A DNA stretch of 64,000 nt from an uncultured Clostridia bacterium (GCA_934184665.1 CAKPSX010000001.1:1688-65687); one strand, 5' to 3'. Counted from the first letter of the stretch, positions 28,901 to 38,682 are shown. A program made the numbers and translations. Notes: generated from the letters alone by a model not told the origin.

Positions 28901-30893
28901 TTCAAAAACAATAGAAAGTATTGAACCAGGACAAGAATACAGTATAGAATATGAAGTTAGAGTTAATATGAATGCAACAAATGGAACAGAAATAACAAAC
29001 AAAGAAATTACAACATGTGGAGAATTTAAACAAGAAGGCAATGAAATGAAATTAAAAATTGCCGAATCAAAGATAAGGGTAACATTAAAGAAATTAGTAG
29101 ATGCAGATATAGATAGTGTATATACTGGTGAATACATGGAATACACAGCATTTGTAGAAAACTTATCAAATGAAGCAGTAAAAGATGTAACACTAAAGAT
29201 AAATACAACAGGTGCAGAACTTGTATATTTAGATGACAGCGAAGGAAATGACATGGAAAAAACAAACGAAATAAAAATTAGTGAAATTGCACCAAATGAA
29301 AAAATAGGTTATTCATTCTCAGTAGAAATTAAAGAAGATGCAATAAAAGAGTTTGACACAAGTGTTATAGTAAAAGATGCTGATGGAAATGAATATAGAG
29401 CAAATAAAGTTGATTTAAAAATTAATCAACATAATGCAAAAGTAAGTTTAACAACACCAAATAATGGTGATTATGTAGAATCTGGAGATGAAATAAGATA
29501 TGAGATAGAAATTACTAACTCAGAAAATTCAATCCAAGTAGTAAAAGTACATGACAATATACCAGAAGAATTAGAAATACAAGAAATAATCGAAAATGGT
29601 GAAACTGTAATGCAAATAACTGATGACACAGTAGAAGATACATTTGTAGGAAATATATCTAATCAAATAACTTATCCAACAATATTACAACCAAATGGAA
29701 CTACAAAGATTACAATAATAACAAAAGTAAGAGAAAGTCAAGAACAATCTGAAACAAAAACAATAAAAAATGTAGTAGAGGTAAAAACAGAAAAAACATT
29801 ATCTGGAGAATTACAAGAAATAACATTAGGTAAATCAGAAGAAGTAACACATATTATTAAAGGAACAATAAGTGAAGAAATGAAACACATCATAAGTGGT
29901 GTTGCATGGTTAGATGCAAATGGAAATGGACAAAAAGATACAGACGAAACAGTATTACCAGATATTACAGTAAGATTATTAGATACAAAAACAGATAAAC
30001 TTGCAACAGATAGAGATGGAAATGCATTAGAAACAAAAACAGGAGAAGATGGAACATATACATTTAGTAAAGTTGAAGAAGGTCAATATATAGTAGTATT
30101 TGACTATGATACAACAAAATATGAACCAACAGCTTATATGCAAAGTGGAGTTAGTGATGGACTAAATTCAAAAGCAATAGCAAAAGTATTTGACGGAGAA
30201 GTTAAAGGTAATGCAGGAACAGATACTATAGAATTAACAGAAAGTGTATTTAATATAAACTTAGGTTTAAAACAAAACTTAAAATTCGACCTAGAACTAG
30301 GGAAATATATAAATTCAATAGTAGTACAAAATTCAAAAGGAACAAAAACATATGAATGCAAAGATAGTGAAACATTTAAGAAAATAGAAATAAGTTCAAA
30401 ACAACTTAATGATTCAATAGTAGTATTAAATTACACAATAAGAGTAAAAAATACTGGAGAAGTTGCAGGATATGTTTCAAATATCAGAGATTACTTACCA
30501 AGTGGACTAACATTTAGTTCAGAATTAAACCCAGACTGGTATTTAGCAGGACAAGACTTATATACAAAGAGTTTAGCAAATGCAAGAATAGAACCTGGAG
30601 AAGTAAAAGAAATAAAATTAGTACTAACAAAAACAATGACAACAGACAATGTTGGATTAGTAAACAACAGAGCGGAAATAGTAGAAAGTTATAATGAACT
30701 TGGAAAAGTTGATATAGATTCAACAGAAAACAATCAAGCAAATGGAGAAGATGACTTAGGTTCAGCAGATGTAATTATTGGTATAAGTACAGGTATGACA
30801 AATATCTTAAATATAACATTAATAATAATTAACACTGGATTAATAGCATTTGCAATATATTTATTATTCAGAAAGAAAAATGAAACGAAGTAG
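25917..30893 (+). CDS. giant secreted surface protein A' (about 1658 aa), paralog of A
   Basis: It has the same architecture as A. The N-terminus is YATDLSKTTNNNNIEFSTYFKDAEGN, compared with YAADLNKSTNNTNIEFSAYFKNEEGE in A. Central DUF11 segments are near-identical to A. The C-terminus is GEDDLGSADVIIGISTGMTNILNITLIIINTGLIAFAIYLLFRKKNETK. Confidence 0.85.
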   Translation: MKRKILEKLLVSIMIITLSATDFLTLGANLVSYATDLSKTTNNNNIEFSTYFKDAEGNKVDTVQEDINKEDLKLYAEIAVKREGYFNGTIELQEGNFNFKNTASEGISHIDGNKITLNQINAGSTVEIELGIAPVKSEQMMLSQLNMTSKIKLAGTYMETSYKGKDISAEKNVTLNLIADEANSSAEVSNEIVTNKIFNVNGENKRIVQMLVKSKITNNNYPVKQTTLTAEVPETNKDKLQKIEVVALRTEATNGQENNTTVTSSTTENGAEIQNTQITVENAGETISWKRNTSDEFIVTYIYDENANVNGTEFKTNTEIELYNTENKFSKETSAIVGTEELSNVVVSEIELDNTETYKGQLYANTKTEDKKEIPFNTTTKILVRSAGIAEAIDVKEEKDTFTGIELDANTRYVQTAINRERMLAMLGQDGYLDITAGGTSYRLTKDSEVNENGNIIINYNETVREIEISTSKPVNAGVLNIQHEKAIMASDYVTEQIKPVTGLIAKNISTMKATIDTTVEKGVQEAAEKIAGATTDAKNAAEDVIKDGVKEAGEKISEVITKNEDSAEKPLKETYSKVELTVNKANLSTMSVNNDVALGVKFITNGTQYDLFKNPKVVIQLPEQVKDVTLKGIDKLYGDEFTITKKSYDKVNKMIEIELNGEQTAYAENDATQLYLQVNLDITLEQTAASKTEEITMSYKNDNATNYYEDGIVTKAVGISAPSGIITINNLNTYNINSVAGINESKQLVDLDKETAGGTNAEYQISVVNNTGSKINNTKILGYFPTKGEIQTQNETITNTLETSVAEAIKAGNAKVYYSENSKATADLENTSNGWTQDTSAIANAKVYLIDLGTMNIGASYTTGYTSKISTNIDYDLSSYAGYKVIYNDGETTQTVESTLVGMTTEGGIKAEDIKMETSVSATVGNDTLKDGDTVKAGEVIRYKVTAKNVGERKLKDVTIKGQVPEGTVLVEPEEEFKSTGLSYYVEKTDAKEVSKTIESIEPGQEYSIEYEVRVNMNATNGTEITNKEITTCGEFKQEGNEMKLKIAESKIRVTLKKLVDADIDSVYTGEYMEYTAFVENLSNEAVKDVTLKINTTGAELVYLDDSEGNDMEKTNEIKISEIAPNEKIGYSFSVEIKEDAIKEFDTSVIVKDADGNEYRANKVDLKINQHNAKVSLTTPNNGDYVESGDEIRYEIEITNSENSIQVVKVHDNIPEELEIQEIIENGETVMQITDDTVEDTFVGNISNQITYPTILQPNGTTKITIITKVRESQEQSETKTIKNVVEVKTEKTLSGELQEITLGKSEEVTHIIKGTISEEMKHIISGVAWLDANGNGQKDTDETVLPDITVRLLDTKTDKLATDRDGNALETKTGEDGTYTFSKVEEGQYIVVFDYDTTKYEPTAYMQSGVSDGLNSKAIAKVFDGEVKGNAGTDTIELTESVFNINLGLKQNLKFDLELGKYINSIVVQNSKGTKTYECKDSETFKKIEISSKQLNDSIVVLNYTIRVKNTGEVAGYVSNIRDYLPSGLTFSSELNPDWYLAGQDLYTKSLANARIEPGEVKEIKLVLTKTMTTDNVGLVNNRAEIVESYNELGKVDIDSTENNQANGEDDLGSADVIIGISTGMTNILNITLIIINTGLIAFAIYLLFRKKNETK

Positions 30894-33800
30894 TAAAGGG
30901 GTGAAAGATGTGAGTAAATTGAAAAAAATATTTTTCATACTAATGATGACCTTACTGATTGTGCTATTGAAAAATAGCACATGTCAGGCAACAGCACAGG
31001 AAGTCCTAGGGCTAAAAGAAAATGCCGTTGGTAAGACAGTATATACAGGTGGTTCTGAATTATATAATAGATGGGGAAATTTTGAAAATGTATATTGTGC
31101 AAGACAAGACAAAACATTAAATGATGGTCAAAACTATAATTGTCAAGTAGTTTATTACATAGAGCTTAAAGGAAATGAAGCAAACTTCTGTAATAGAACT
31201 AATCCTACATTAAGACCAGCAACTGGTTCAGGAACAGATTACAGATGGGGACAATTAGCAAATATATTAGCATTAGGAAAAAATAAAGGATATAGAACTT
31301 CAGCAGGATGTACAGATACCCAATATGGATTATGGTATTTCCTTGGAACACAAAACGAATGGATAAAAGAAAAGTTTGGAGCAAGCTGGATGATTCAATC
31401 AAGTTATTTTACACATGCTAGATGGCAAACAACAGTTAAATTAGGAAAATCATATAGTGATAAATGTGCTAACTTAGCTAAAAATAATTCAGGATATAAA
31501 GGAACAGTAAGAATATACTGGCTAGAAGCTAAAAACCAAAGTGTTAACCAAAGTCTTATGATAGTTGAACTTGAAGATAGCAAAGAATCAGAAATGATAC
31601 TAATAGACAAACAAGATAGTAATGATAAATCATATTTAGGTGGAGTATCATTCAAAGTAAAAAATGATGCAAGCGGAATGTACATCAAAAAAGCAGATGT
31701 AGTTGATGAAAAAAATTCTGATAGATATGTATATGAGGTAAAAGACCCATCAACATCAAATACAGAATATTGGACATCAGACATATCTCAAGCAATGACG
31801 TTTACAACAGGTACGGAAAAGAATTATAAGGGAATACAAATAAAAGGTATTCCATCTGGAACATATACAGCAATTGAAACATCAAATCCACATAGTGGAT
31901 ATGAAGGTAGTATAAACAAAACATTTAGTATATCATCAACATCTTATGAAGATTACACAAACTCAAATATACTATATAATACAAAACAAGAACAAGGAAG
32001 CGGAAATGTTAAAATTTCTGGAACGGTATGGGAAGATATTGCTAGCAACAAAGAAAATGATGGTAAAGGTAATAGTAAAAAAGATAGCGGAGAAAAAGGT
32101 ATCGAAGGAGTAAAAGTATATTGGAAAAGCGCAGATGGTAGTATAATTGCAAGTACGACAACTGGAAGTGATGGAAGCTACACAATGAGAACCAATATCG
32201 ACTTAGGATTCTGTAGATGGTATATTGATCAAGCAGCATATAACAGAATAAACAATTCATATGTAGAATTCGCTTATAATGGATTAACATATACAACAGT
32301 TGCATACGCATCAAATGGCGACGCAGATACATCAAAAGTAATTGAAAATTCATCATCAAGAACAAGTTTAGACAATTCATTTAGTCAAATAAGCAATAAA
32401 GGTGTTTCAACAAATGGCTCAAGACTAGAATATACATATAGCTCTAACCCAGAAGTAGGTTCAACAAGAATTGCAACATTAAGTTCTCCAACAAGTATGA
32501 GTGATTTTACAGTAACAGCAGACACTAAAAATGTATTAAGTAAATATAAATTTTTACAAACATATCCTGCATTAGATACACAAGAGAGATCAGGATGTAT
32601 AAGACACCATTATGTATCATGTTCAAAACATGGAAGTCACCATGTATGTGACGAATATGGAAGCAAAACAGTATCTTGGGAAATATCTAATGTAAACTGT
32701 GGATTATATAAAAGAGAACAACCAGACCTTGCAATAGGTACAGATATTGAAAAAGTTGACGTTATAATGAAAGGACAACAATATACTTATAAATATGGTC
32801 AAAGAGGATTACCAGATGGAAGCTATAAATATGACAAAGTAAGTTTTAGTGATAGAAATACTGAGAAATATAATAGACCAGTAAATCCATCAGATATAGC
32901 ATATATCAATAAAGATGGAAATAATCCAGATGACTTACAAGTATATGTAACATATAATGTAAGAGTACAAAATCAATCTAGAAATTTAATGGCAGAAGTA
33001 CAGGAAATTGTAAACTATTATGATGCAAATTATTCTTTATTCGATGGTAATTGGCGAGATGTAAGTAAAAATGGAGATAGATATAATTCAAATGGATTTA
33101 AGGCAGCATATAATCAACAATTACAAGGCGTAAAACTTGCACCAGGTGAAGAATCAGAAACAATTAGTTTAACATTAAAAGTTAATAATGATGTTGTAAA
33201 AGAATTAATACAAAAAGACAGATTATTTAAAAATGTTTCAGAAATATATATGTATTCATCATATTACGGAAGTAATGCATTATGTGCAGAATATCAAACA
33301 GCAAGTGAAAAAGGCAGAACAGGAAAGCAATATGCTGGAATAGATAAAGATTCAGCACCAGGAAATGCAGAAATTAAAATATCAAATAACACATTAGATA
33401 TATCTACATTTGAAGATGATACAGGTATAGCTCCAACATTTATGCTAATAAAAGCAGATAATTACAAACAGATATCAGGTACAGTATATGAAGATTCAAC
33501 TACTGTAAATGATAATAAAAGACTTGGAGATGGACAAAATAATGGAGAGAAAGGTGTAGCAAATGTCAGAGTGGACTTATTAAAAGTTAATGATGATGGT
33601 AGTACACAATTAGCAGATTTATATTATATTGAAAATGGTGAGGCTAAAACAAAACAAGCTACGACATATACAGATGCAAATGGACATTATGAATTCGGAA
33701 ATAATGCCAAAGAGGGAGAAGACTCAGGAGTTGTAGTAGACAACTATATTGTAAAATACACATACGGAAATAATACAGAATCAACGGTAAAATACGGTGA

Positions 33801-35283
33801 TACAGAAGAAAAAGAATTATCAAAAGGAGAAACAAAAGTAAATACAGAATTAAAAGAAGGCGAAAGCTCAACAATAAATGCAAGAGACTATAAATCTACA
33901 ATAATAACAGATAATGCAATAAGTTCAGTAATGAGAAAAAATAATGATAATAATCAAGAGCAAATTACACAAAAAGATTTACAATGGCATTTAACAAAAT
34001 CAGGAAATACATCAATAGCAGTAGATGATATAGATGATTTACAATGGTATTTCCGTAATGATAATAATGAACTTGTAAAAATAGATGTAAACTCATTAAA
34101 GGAAGGCTCTTATGATGTAAATGCAAGATTGCAGATATCATCATTAATGAATGGAAACTTTAATAAAGGTGTAAATGTATCATCATACAGTTTACCATTT
34201 AAAGTTCAACTAGAATATACAGCTGATCAAGAAAGTAATGTAGGAGAAGATGGAGGAAACTTTGATTACAACTGGGATAAATTCAACTTTGGTATTGCAG
34301 AAAGAGCAAGAGAAGACATATATGTTGATAAAACAATAAAAAATCTAAAAATAACATTAGCAAATGGTCAAGTATTAACAGAAGGTAACCCATATACAGA
34401 TAGTATGGATTATGTAAGAGCACTTGGTTCAAAAGATGTAATTAATAGTAGAGAAGATTTCAACAAAGCATTTACAAAACAAAGAGAAATCTTTATGGAA
34501 ATGGATACAGAATTAATCCAAGGTGCAACACTAGAATTATTATATGAAATAACAGTAACAAATAATAGTGAAGTAGACTATGAATATGACAGAAGTGTAA
34601 TTGGTGGAGAAGGAGCAAATTATGAAAAATATTACTACTATGGTGAAGCTAAAACAAACCCAATAAAACAATCTGTAGAATATTTAGTAGACTATGTTGA
34701 CCCAGACTTAGTATGTGAAGCTGGTACAGGTACAGCAAATGCAAACTGGCAAAAAATAGAGGCTAAGACATTATATGATGCAGGTAATATTTCGAAAGAA
34801 GTTTATGAAGGAAAGAAAAACGATGAAGGCAAAGTACTAGATCAAATGAAAGGTGTAGTAGATGGAAAATATACAATACTTGTAACAAATGCATTCAAAA
34901 ACTTAGCAGCAGGAGAATCACATTCAGAAACATTATATGCAAGTAAATTGCTAGCAACACAATCAGCAGAACATGTATATGAAAACCATACAGAAATAAT
35001 CCAATTAAATGGTAGAATGGCAAGAACAATAGATGGAACAAACAACGGAAAACAAATTGCTAAAACATATATACCAGGAAATTATATGCCAAGCACAAAA
35101 GCGAGAGCAGCAGAAGAAACATCATTAACAAGATTACATGAACAAGATGATGATGCAATAACAGTAAGAATAACACCACCAACAGGTCTAGAAAACAATG
35201 CAATTATATATATATCAGTAGGAGTAATAGTATTAGTACTACTAGCAGGTGGAATATACTTCATAAAAAGAAAAACAGTATAA
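30880..35283 (+). CDS. giant secreted surface protein B' (about 1467 aa), paralog of B
   Basis: The start overlaps the A' stop by 14 nt. The signal peptide is MKRSSKGVKDVSKLKKIFFILMMTLLIVLLKNSTCQA. The N-terminal domain contains VYCARQD...CTDTQYGLWYF. A CnaB motif YTAIETSNPHSGY is present. The C-terminus is EQDDDAITVRITPPTGLENNAIIYISVGVIVLVLLAGGIYFIKRKTV. Confidence 0.85.
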   Translation: MKRSSKGVKDVSKLKKIFFILMMTLLIVLLKNSTCQATAQEVLGLKENAVGKTVYTGGSELYNRWGNFENVYCARQDKTLNDGQNYNCQVVYYIELKGNEANFCNRTNPTLRPATGSGTDYRWGQLANILALGKNKGYRTSAGCTDTQYGLWYFLGTQNEWIKEKFGASWMIQSSYFTHARWQTTVKLGKSYSDKCANLAKNNSGYKGTVRIYWLEAKNQSVNQSLMIVELEDSKESEMILIDKQDSNDKSYLGGVSFKVKNDASGMYIKKADVVDEKNSDRYVYEVKDPSTSNTEYWTSDISQAMTFTTGTEKNYKGIQIKGIPSGTYTAIETSNPHSGYEGSINKTFSISSTSYEDYTNSNILYNTKQEQGSGNVKISGTVWEDIASNKENDGKGNSKKDSGEKGIEGVKVYWKSADGSIIASTTTGSDGSYTMRTNIDLGFCRWYIDQAAYNRINNSYVEFAYNGLTYTTVAYASNGDADTSKVIENSSSRTSLDNSFSQISNKGVSTNGSRLEYTYSSNPEVGSTRIATLSSPTSMSDFTVTADTKNVLSKYKFLQTYPALDTQERSGCIRHHYVSCSKHGSHHVCDEYGSKTVSWEISNVNCGLYKREQPDLAIGTDIEKVDVIMKGQQYTYKYGQRGLPDGSYKYDKVSFSDRNTEKYNRPVNPSDIAYINKDGNNPDDLQVYVTYNVRVQNQSRNLMAEVQEIVNYYDANYSLFDGNWRDVSKNGDRYNSNGFKAAYNQQLQGVKLAPGEESETISLTLKVNNDVVKELIQKDRLFKNVSEIYMYSSYYGSNALCAEYQTASEKGRTGKQYAGIDKDSAPGNAEIKISNNTLDISTFEDDTGIAPTFMLIKADNYKQISGTVYEDSTTVNDNKRLGDGQNNGEKGVANVRVDLLKVNDDGSTQLADLYYIENGEAKTKQATTYTDANGHYEFGNNAKEGEDSGVVVDNYIVKYTYGNNTESTVKYGDTEEKELSKGETKVNTELKEGESSTINARDYKSTIITDNAISSVMRKNNDNNQEQITQKDLQWHLTKSGNTSIAVDDIDDLQWYFRNDNNELVKIDVNSLKEGSYDVNARLQISSLMNGNFNKGVNVSSYSLPFKVQLEYTADQESNVGEDGGNFDYNWDKFNFGIAERAREDIYVDKTIKNLKITLANGQVLTEGNPYTDSMDYVRALGSKDVINSREDFNKAFTKQREIFMEMDTELIQGATLELLYEITVTNNSEVDYEYDRSVIGGEGANYEKYYYYGEAKTNPIKQSVEYLVDYVDPDLVCEAGTGTANANWQKIEAKTLYDAGNISKEVYEGKKNDEGKVLDQMKGVVDGKYTILVTNAFKNLAAGESHSETLYASKLLATQSAEHVYENHTEIIQLNGRMARTIDGTNNGKQIAKTYIPGNYMPSTKARAAEETSLTRLHEQDDDAITVRITPPTGLENNAIIYISVGVIVLVLLAGGIYFIKRKTV

Positions 35284-35338
35284 GCAAAACTAAAACAATA
35301 TAATTAAAATAAATCATCAGAAAATACAAAAGCAATAA

Positions 35339-35370
35339 AAGACCACGGATTCCTCCGTGGCCTTTTTGCT
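35339..35370. terminator. bidirectional hairpin terminator between B' and the minus-strand tRNA-Lys
   Basis: A hairpin (gaccacgga ttcc tccgtggcc) is followed by TTTTTG. The reverse strand also reads as a T-rich run. Confidence 0.55.
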
Positions 35371-35434
35371 AAATGTTGATTAATACAAAAAATAACTTAC
35401 AAACTATAAAGTTTGCAAGTTGCTATAATAAATA

Positions 35435-35510
35435 TGGTGCACCATAGAGGAGTCGAACCTCCGACCATTTGATTAAGAGTCAACTGCTCTACCAACTGAG
35501 CTAATGGTGC
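35435..35510 (-). tRNA. tRNA-Lys (anticodon CUU)
   Basis: The reverse complement reads gcaccattagctcagttggtagagcagttgactcttaatcaa...ggttcgactcctctatggtgcacca. The anticodon loop is ctcttaa and a CCA is encoded. Confidence 0.8.
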
Positions 35511-35532
35511 ATATCTGAATTTCACTTTTATA

Positions 35533-35561
35533 ATTATAGTATTTTTTTCCAAAATTGTCAA
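35533..35561 (-). promoter_or_regulatory. consensus promoter for the minus-strand tRNA-Lys (TTGACA-17-TATAAT)
   Basis: The reverse complement of 35533-35561 reads TTGACAattttggaaaaaaatacTATAAT. Confidence 0.55.
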
Positions 35562-35670
35562 GAGAACTAGAACAAATAAGAAAAATTAAATTAACAAAAT
35601 ATTTTTTTATACTTTGTCAACAGTCCGTAAAAAAGTGTGCATTTGCACACTTTTTTGTTATAAGAGTATT

Positions 35671-36912
35671 TTATTTTAATTCCCAATCATCACCCATAGT
35701 CTTCTTAATTTTAGTAAGTTCAGTTTTTAATGTAGAATAAGTAGATGCTCCGATTGATTTATCACTTCCAGAATCATAATTAGAAATAGTTTCTTCAATA
35801 TCTAAAATGCGATATTTATGAGTTTTTTTAGAAGTATCTTTATACATATATATTGGAATATATGAAACAGATTCTATATTAGTTTTGCCAGTTGTTCCAC
35901 TTTTAGTGAATTTCATATCAAGAATAACCGAATTTCTTGTATTTGCCTGGGTTTGGCCTGACATAAAATTACCTAATGAGTAAATTACAAAACAGTTTTT
36001 GGTTGTTCCATCTTCAAGAGTTACAGTTTTCTTTTTCATAGGTTGCAAAACATGAGGATGGCTACCTAAAATAACATCAACACCATTATTAAATAAGAAA
36101 TCAGCAAGCTCTTCTTGCTCGGTATTTTGCTTAGTTTGATATTCTATTCCCCAATGCATGCTTGCACATATTAAATCAGGTGATTGCTCTTTTGCAAGCG
36201 ATATTTGTTTGGAAATAAAATCTTTATCTATTAAATTAACACTATATGGCTTATCTTTTGGAATTGCTATACCATTTGTTCCGTAAGTAAATGATAAAAA
36301 TGCAATTTTAACACCTTTAACATCTTTGACCAAGATTGTGTTTTGAGCTTCTTCTGAACTGTATGTACCCATATGAGAAATACCTGCATCATCTAAGTAT
36401 TTTAATGTGCTTGTAAGCCCTTTGTAACCTGTGTCCATACAATGATTATTTGCAGTAGAAACCACATCAATACCAAGATTTTTTAAATCAGTGGCTAATT
36501 GTTCTGGTGTATTGAATGTGGGATAATTACTATATCTTCTTTCTTTACCAGCAAATGTTGTTTCAAGATTTCCTATAGCGATATCAGCAGAACTGATATA
36601 AGACTTTATATCTTCAAAAACATAAGAAAAATCATAGGTGTCTTTTGAAGAAATATATGCATCATTATATTGTGAATTATGGCACATTATATCACCAATA
36701 ACACTCATCGAAAAATTTATATCTTTTGATACTTCTTTTTTAGGTTCTTCAATATTATCAGCTTCTTGGGAAACATTGTCAGATACGGTTGGAACAGTAT
36801 TGCCGTTTTTATTAAAATTGTTTAAAATCACAAATATGGCAATACATATAAGAATTAATAATGTAACTGAAAGACAGAATTTCGGTTTATTTACAATCTT
36901 CATTTTTTTCAT
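35671..36912 (-). CDS. CapA-family poly-gamma-glutamate synthesis / metallophosphoesterase-like membrane-anchored protein
   Basis: An N-terminal TM helix is present. CapA-like motifs include MSVIGDIMCHNSQY, GNLETTF, NNHCMDTG, SMHWGIEY and YSLGNFMSGQ. The probable start is MKKMKIV at 36912. Confidence 0.7.
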   Translation of the reverse strand: MKKMKIVNKPKFCLSVTLLILICIAIFVILNNFNKNGNTVPTVSDNVSQEADNIEEPKKEVSKDINFSMSVIGDIMCHNSQYNDAYISSKDTYDFSYVFEDIKSYISSADIAIGNLETTFAGKERRYSNYPTFNTPEQLATDLKNLGIDVVSTANNHCMDTGYKGLTSTLKYLDDAGISHMGTYSSEEAQNTILVKDVKGVKIAFLSFTYGTNGIAIPKDKPYSVNLIDKDFISKQISLAKEQSPDLICASMHWGIEYQTKQNTEQEELADFLFNNGVDVILGSHPHVLQPMKKKTVTLEDGTTKNCFVIYSLGNFMSGQTQANTRNSVILDMKFTKSGTTGKTNIESVSYIPIYMYKDTSKKTHKYRILDIEETISNYDSGSDKSIGASTYSTLKTELTKIKKTMGDDWELK

Positions 36913-37101
36913 ATTAATATAAATCCTTTCTAAAATAAACAAATATTAAATATAAGATACCATACTTCAACAGAAAAATCAATAAAAGTTCAAAGAATTT
37001 AGGCACTTGTAAAAACAGGAAAAATGTGGTATAGTATATAAGGAATAAACAGGAGATTTTATTTGTTCATTTCGATTAAGAAGATGTATAAGGAGGAAAT
37101 C

Positions 37102-38682
37102 ATGTTAACAACAAATGGAGTAACAGTCAGATTTGGAAAAAGAGTGTTATTTGAAGATGTAAATATAAAGTTTGGTAAAGGAAATTGCTATGGAATAATA
37201 GGAGCAAATGGTGCAGGAAAATCAACATTTTTAAAAGTTTTATCAGGAGAAATAGAACCAAGCAAAGGTGATGTATCATTAGAAAAAGGCGAAAGATTAT
37301 CTGTATTGAAACAAGACCACTTTGCATTTGAGGAGTATTCAGTAATAGATACAGTAATGATGGGAAATAAAGAGTTATATGATATCATGAAAGAAAAAGA
37401 AGCAATCTACATGAAACCAGATTTTTCAGAAGAAGATGGAATGAAAGCAGCAAAACTTGAAGAAAGGTTTGCTGAATTAGATGGCTGGAATGCTGAATCA
37501 GATGCATCAATTTTATTAAATGATTTAGGAATAATCCCAGAAAATCATTATAAATTAATGAGTGAAATTGAACCAAGAGAAAAGGTAAAAGTATTGTTAG
37601 CACAAGCCTTATTTGGAAATCCAGATGTACTACTATTAGATGAGCCTACAAATGACTTGGATTTAAAAAGTATAAATTGGCTACAAGAATTTTTAATAAA
37701 TTTCGAAAATACTGTAATTGTAGTATCACATGATAGATATTTCTTAAATAAAGTATGTACACATATAGCAGATGTTGATTTTGGAAAAATAAAAGTATAT
37801 CCAGGTAATTATGATTTCTGGTATGAATCAAGCCAATTAGCATTAAAGCAAATGAAAGAACAAAATAAGAAAAAAGAAGAAAAAATCAAAGAATTGCAAG
37901 ATTTTATTGCAAGATTTAGTGCAAATGCTTCAAAATCAAAACAAGCAACATCAAGAAAGAAAACTCTTGAAAAAATAGAACTTGATGAAATAAAACCATC
38001 AAATAGAAAATATCCTTATGTAGATTTTAAACCAGATAGAGAACCTGGAAAAGAGATATTACAAGTTAAAAACATTTCAAAAACAATAAATGGTGAAAAA
38101 ATATTAGATAATATTAGCTTTACAGTAAAAGCAGGTGATAAAATTGCATTTTTAGCAGATAATGAAAATGCTAAAACAGTACTATTCCAAATAATTGCTG
38201 GAGAAATGGAACCAGATGAAGGAGAACTTATTTGGGGTACAACAATAACAAAATCATATTTCCCTAAGGATAACAATTATTTATTTGATGTTGATGAAAA
38301 CATTACAGAATGGCTTAGAAAATACTCAAAAGACCCAGATGAAACTTTTGTTAGGGGTTTCTTAGGTAGAATGTTGTTCTCAGGTGATGAGGCTCTTAAA
38401 CAAGCAAAAGTACTTTCAGGTGGTGAAAAGGTAAGATGCGTACTTGCTAAAATGATGCTTTCAGGTGCAAACTTCCTAATTTTTGATGAGCCTACTAATC
38501 ACTTAGATATGGAAAGTATAACATCTGTAAATGATGGAATGAGTAAATTTAAAGGGAATATATTATTTACTTCACATGACCATCAATTAACACAGACTGT
38601 TGCAAATAGAATTATAGATATAAAAAATGATAAAATAATAGACAGAGAAATAACATATAATGAATATTTAGGAATAGAATAA
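37102..38682 (+). CDS. ABC-F family ATPase (tandem ABC domains, no TM domain), EttA/YkpA-like
   Basis: There are two Walker A motifs (GIIGANGAGKST and FLADNENAKT-like) and two signature/Walker B pairs (LLLDEPTNDLD and LIFDEPTNHLD). A charged inter-domain linker is present. An RBS (AAGGAGG) precedes MLTTNG. Confidence 0.8.
   Translation: MLTTNGVTVRFGKRVLFEDVNIKFGKGNCYGIIGANGAGKSTFLKVLSGEIEPSKGDVSLEKGERLSVLKQDHFAFEEYSVIDTVMMGNKELYDIMKEKEAIYMKPDFSEEDGMKAAKLEERFAELDGWNAESDASILLNDLGIIPENHYKLMSEIEPREKVKVLLAQALFGNPDVLLLDEPTNDLDLKSINWLQEFLINFENTVIVVSHDRYFLNKVCTHIADVDFGKIKVYPGNYDFWYESSQLALKQMKEQNKKKEEKIKELQDFIARFSANASKSKQATSRKKTLEKIELDEIKPSNRKYPYVDFKPDREPGKEILQVKNISKTINGEKILDNISFTVKAGDKIAFLADNENAKTVLFQIIAGEMEPDEGELIWGTTITKSYFPKDNNYLFDVDENITEWLRKYSKDPDETFVRGFLGRMLFSGDEALKQAKVLSGGEKVRCVLAKMMLSGANFLIFDEPTNHLDMESITSVNDGMSKFKGNILFTSHDHQLTQTVANRIIDIKNDKIIDREITYNEYLGIE

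Noticed and set aside
16054-35264. Dozens of 60-170-aa minus-strand ORFs inside the giant adhesin genes, e.g. 26012-26503 and 28057-28557.
   Set aside because: These are antisense to strongly supported long CDSs. They are Leu/Phe-rich translations of the A/T-rich complement with no starts or RBSs, which is the typical shadow-ORF artefact.
36638-36922. Plus-strand 94-aa ORF inside capA.
   Set aside because: It is antisense to the capA coding sequence, which has clear metallophosphoesterase/CapA motifs.
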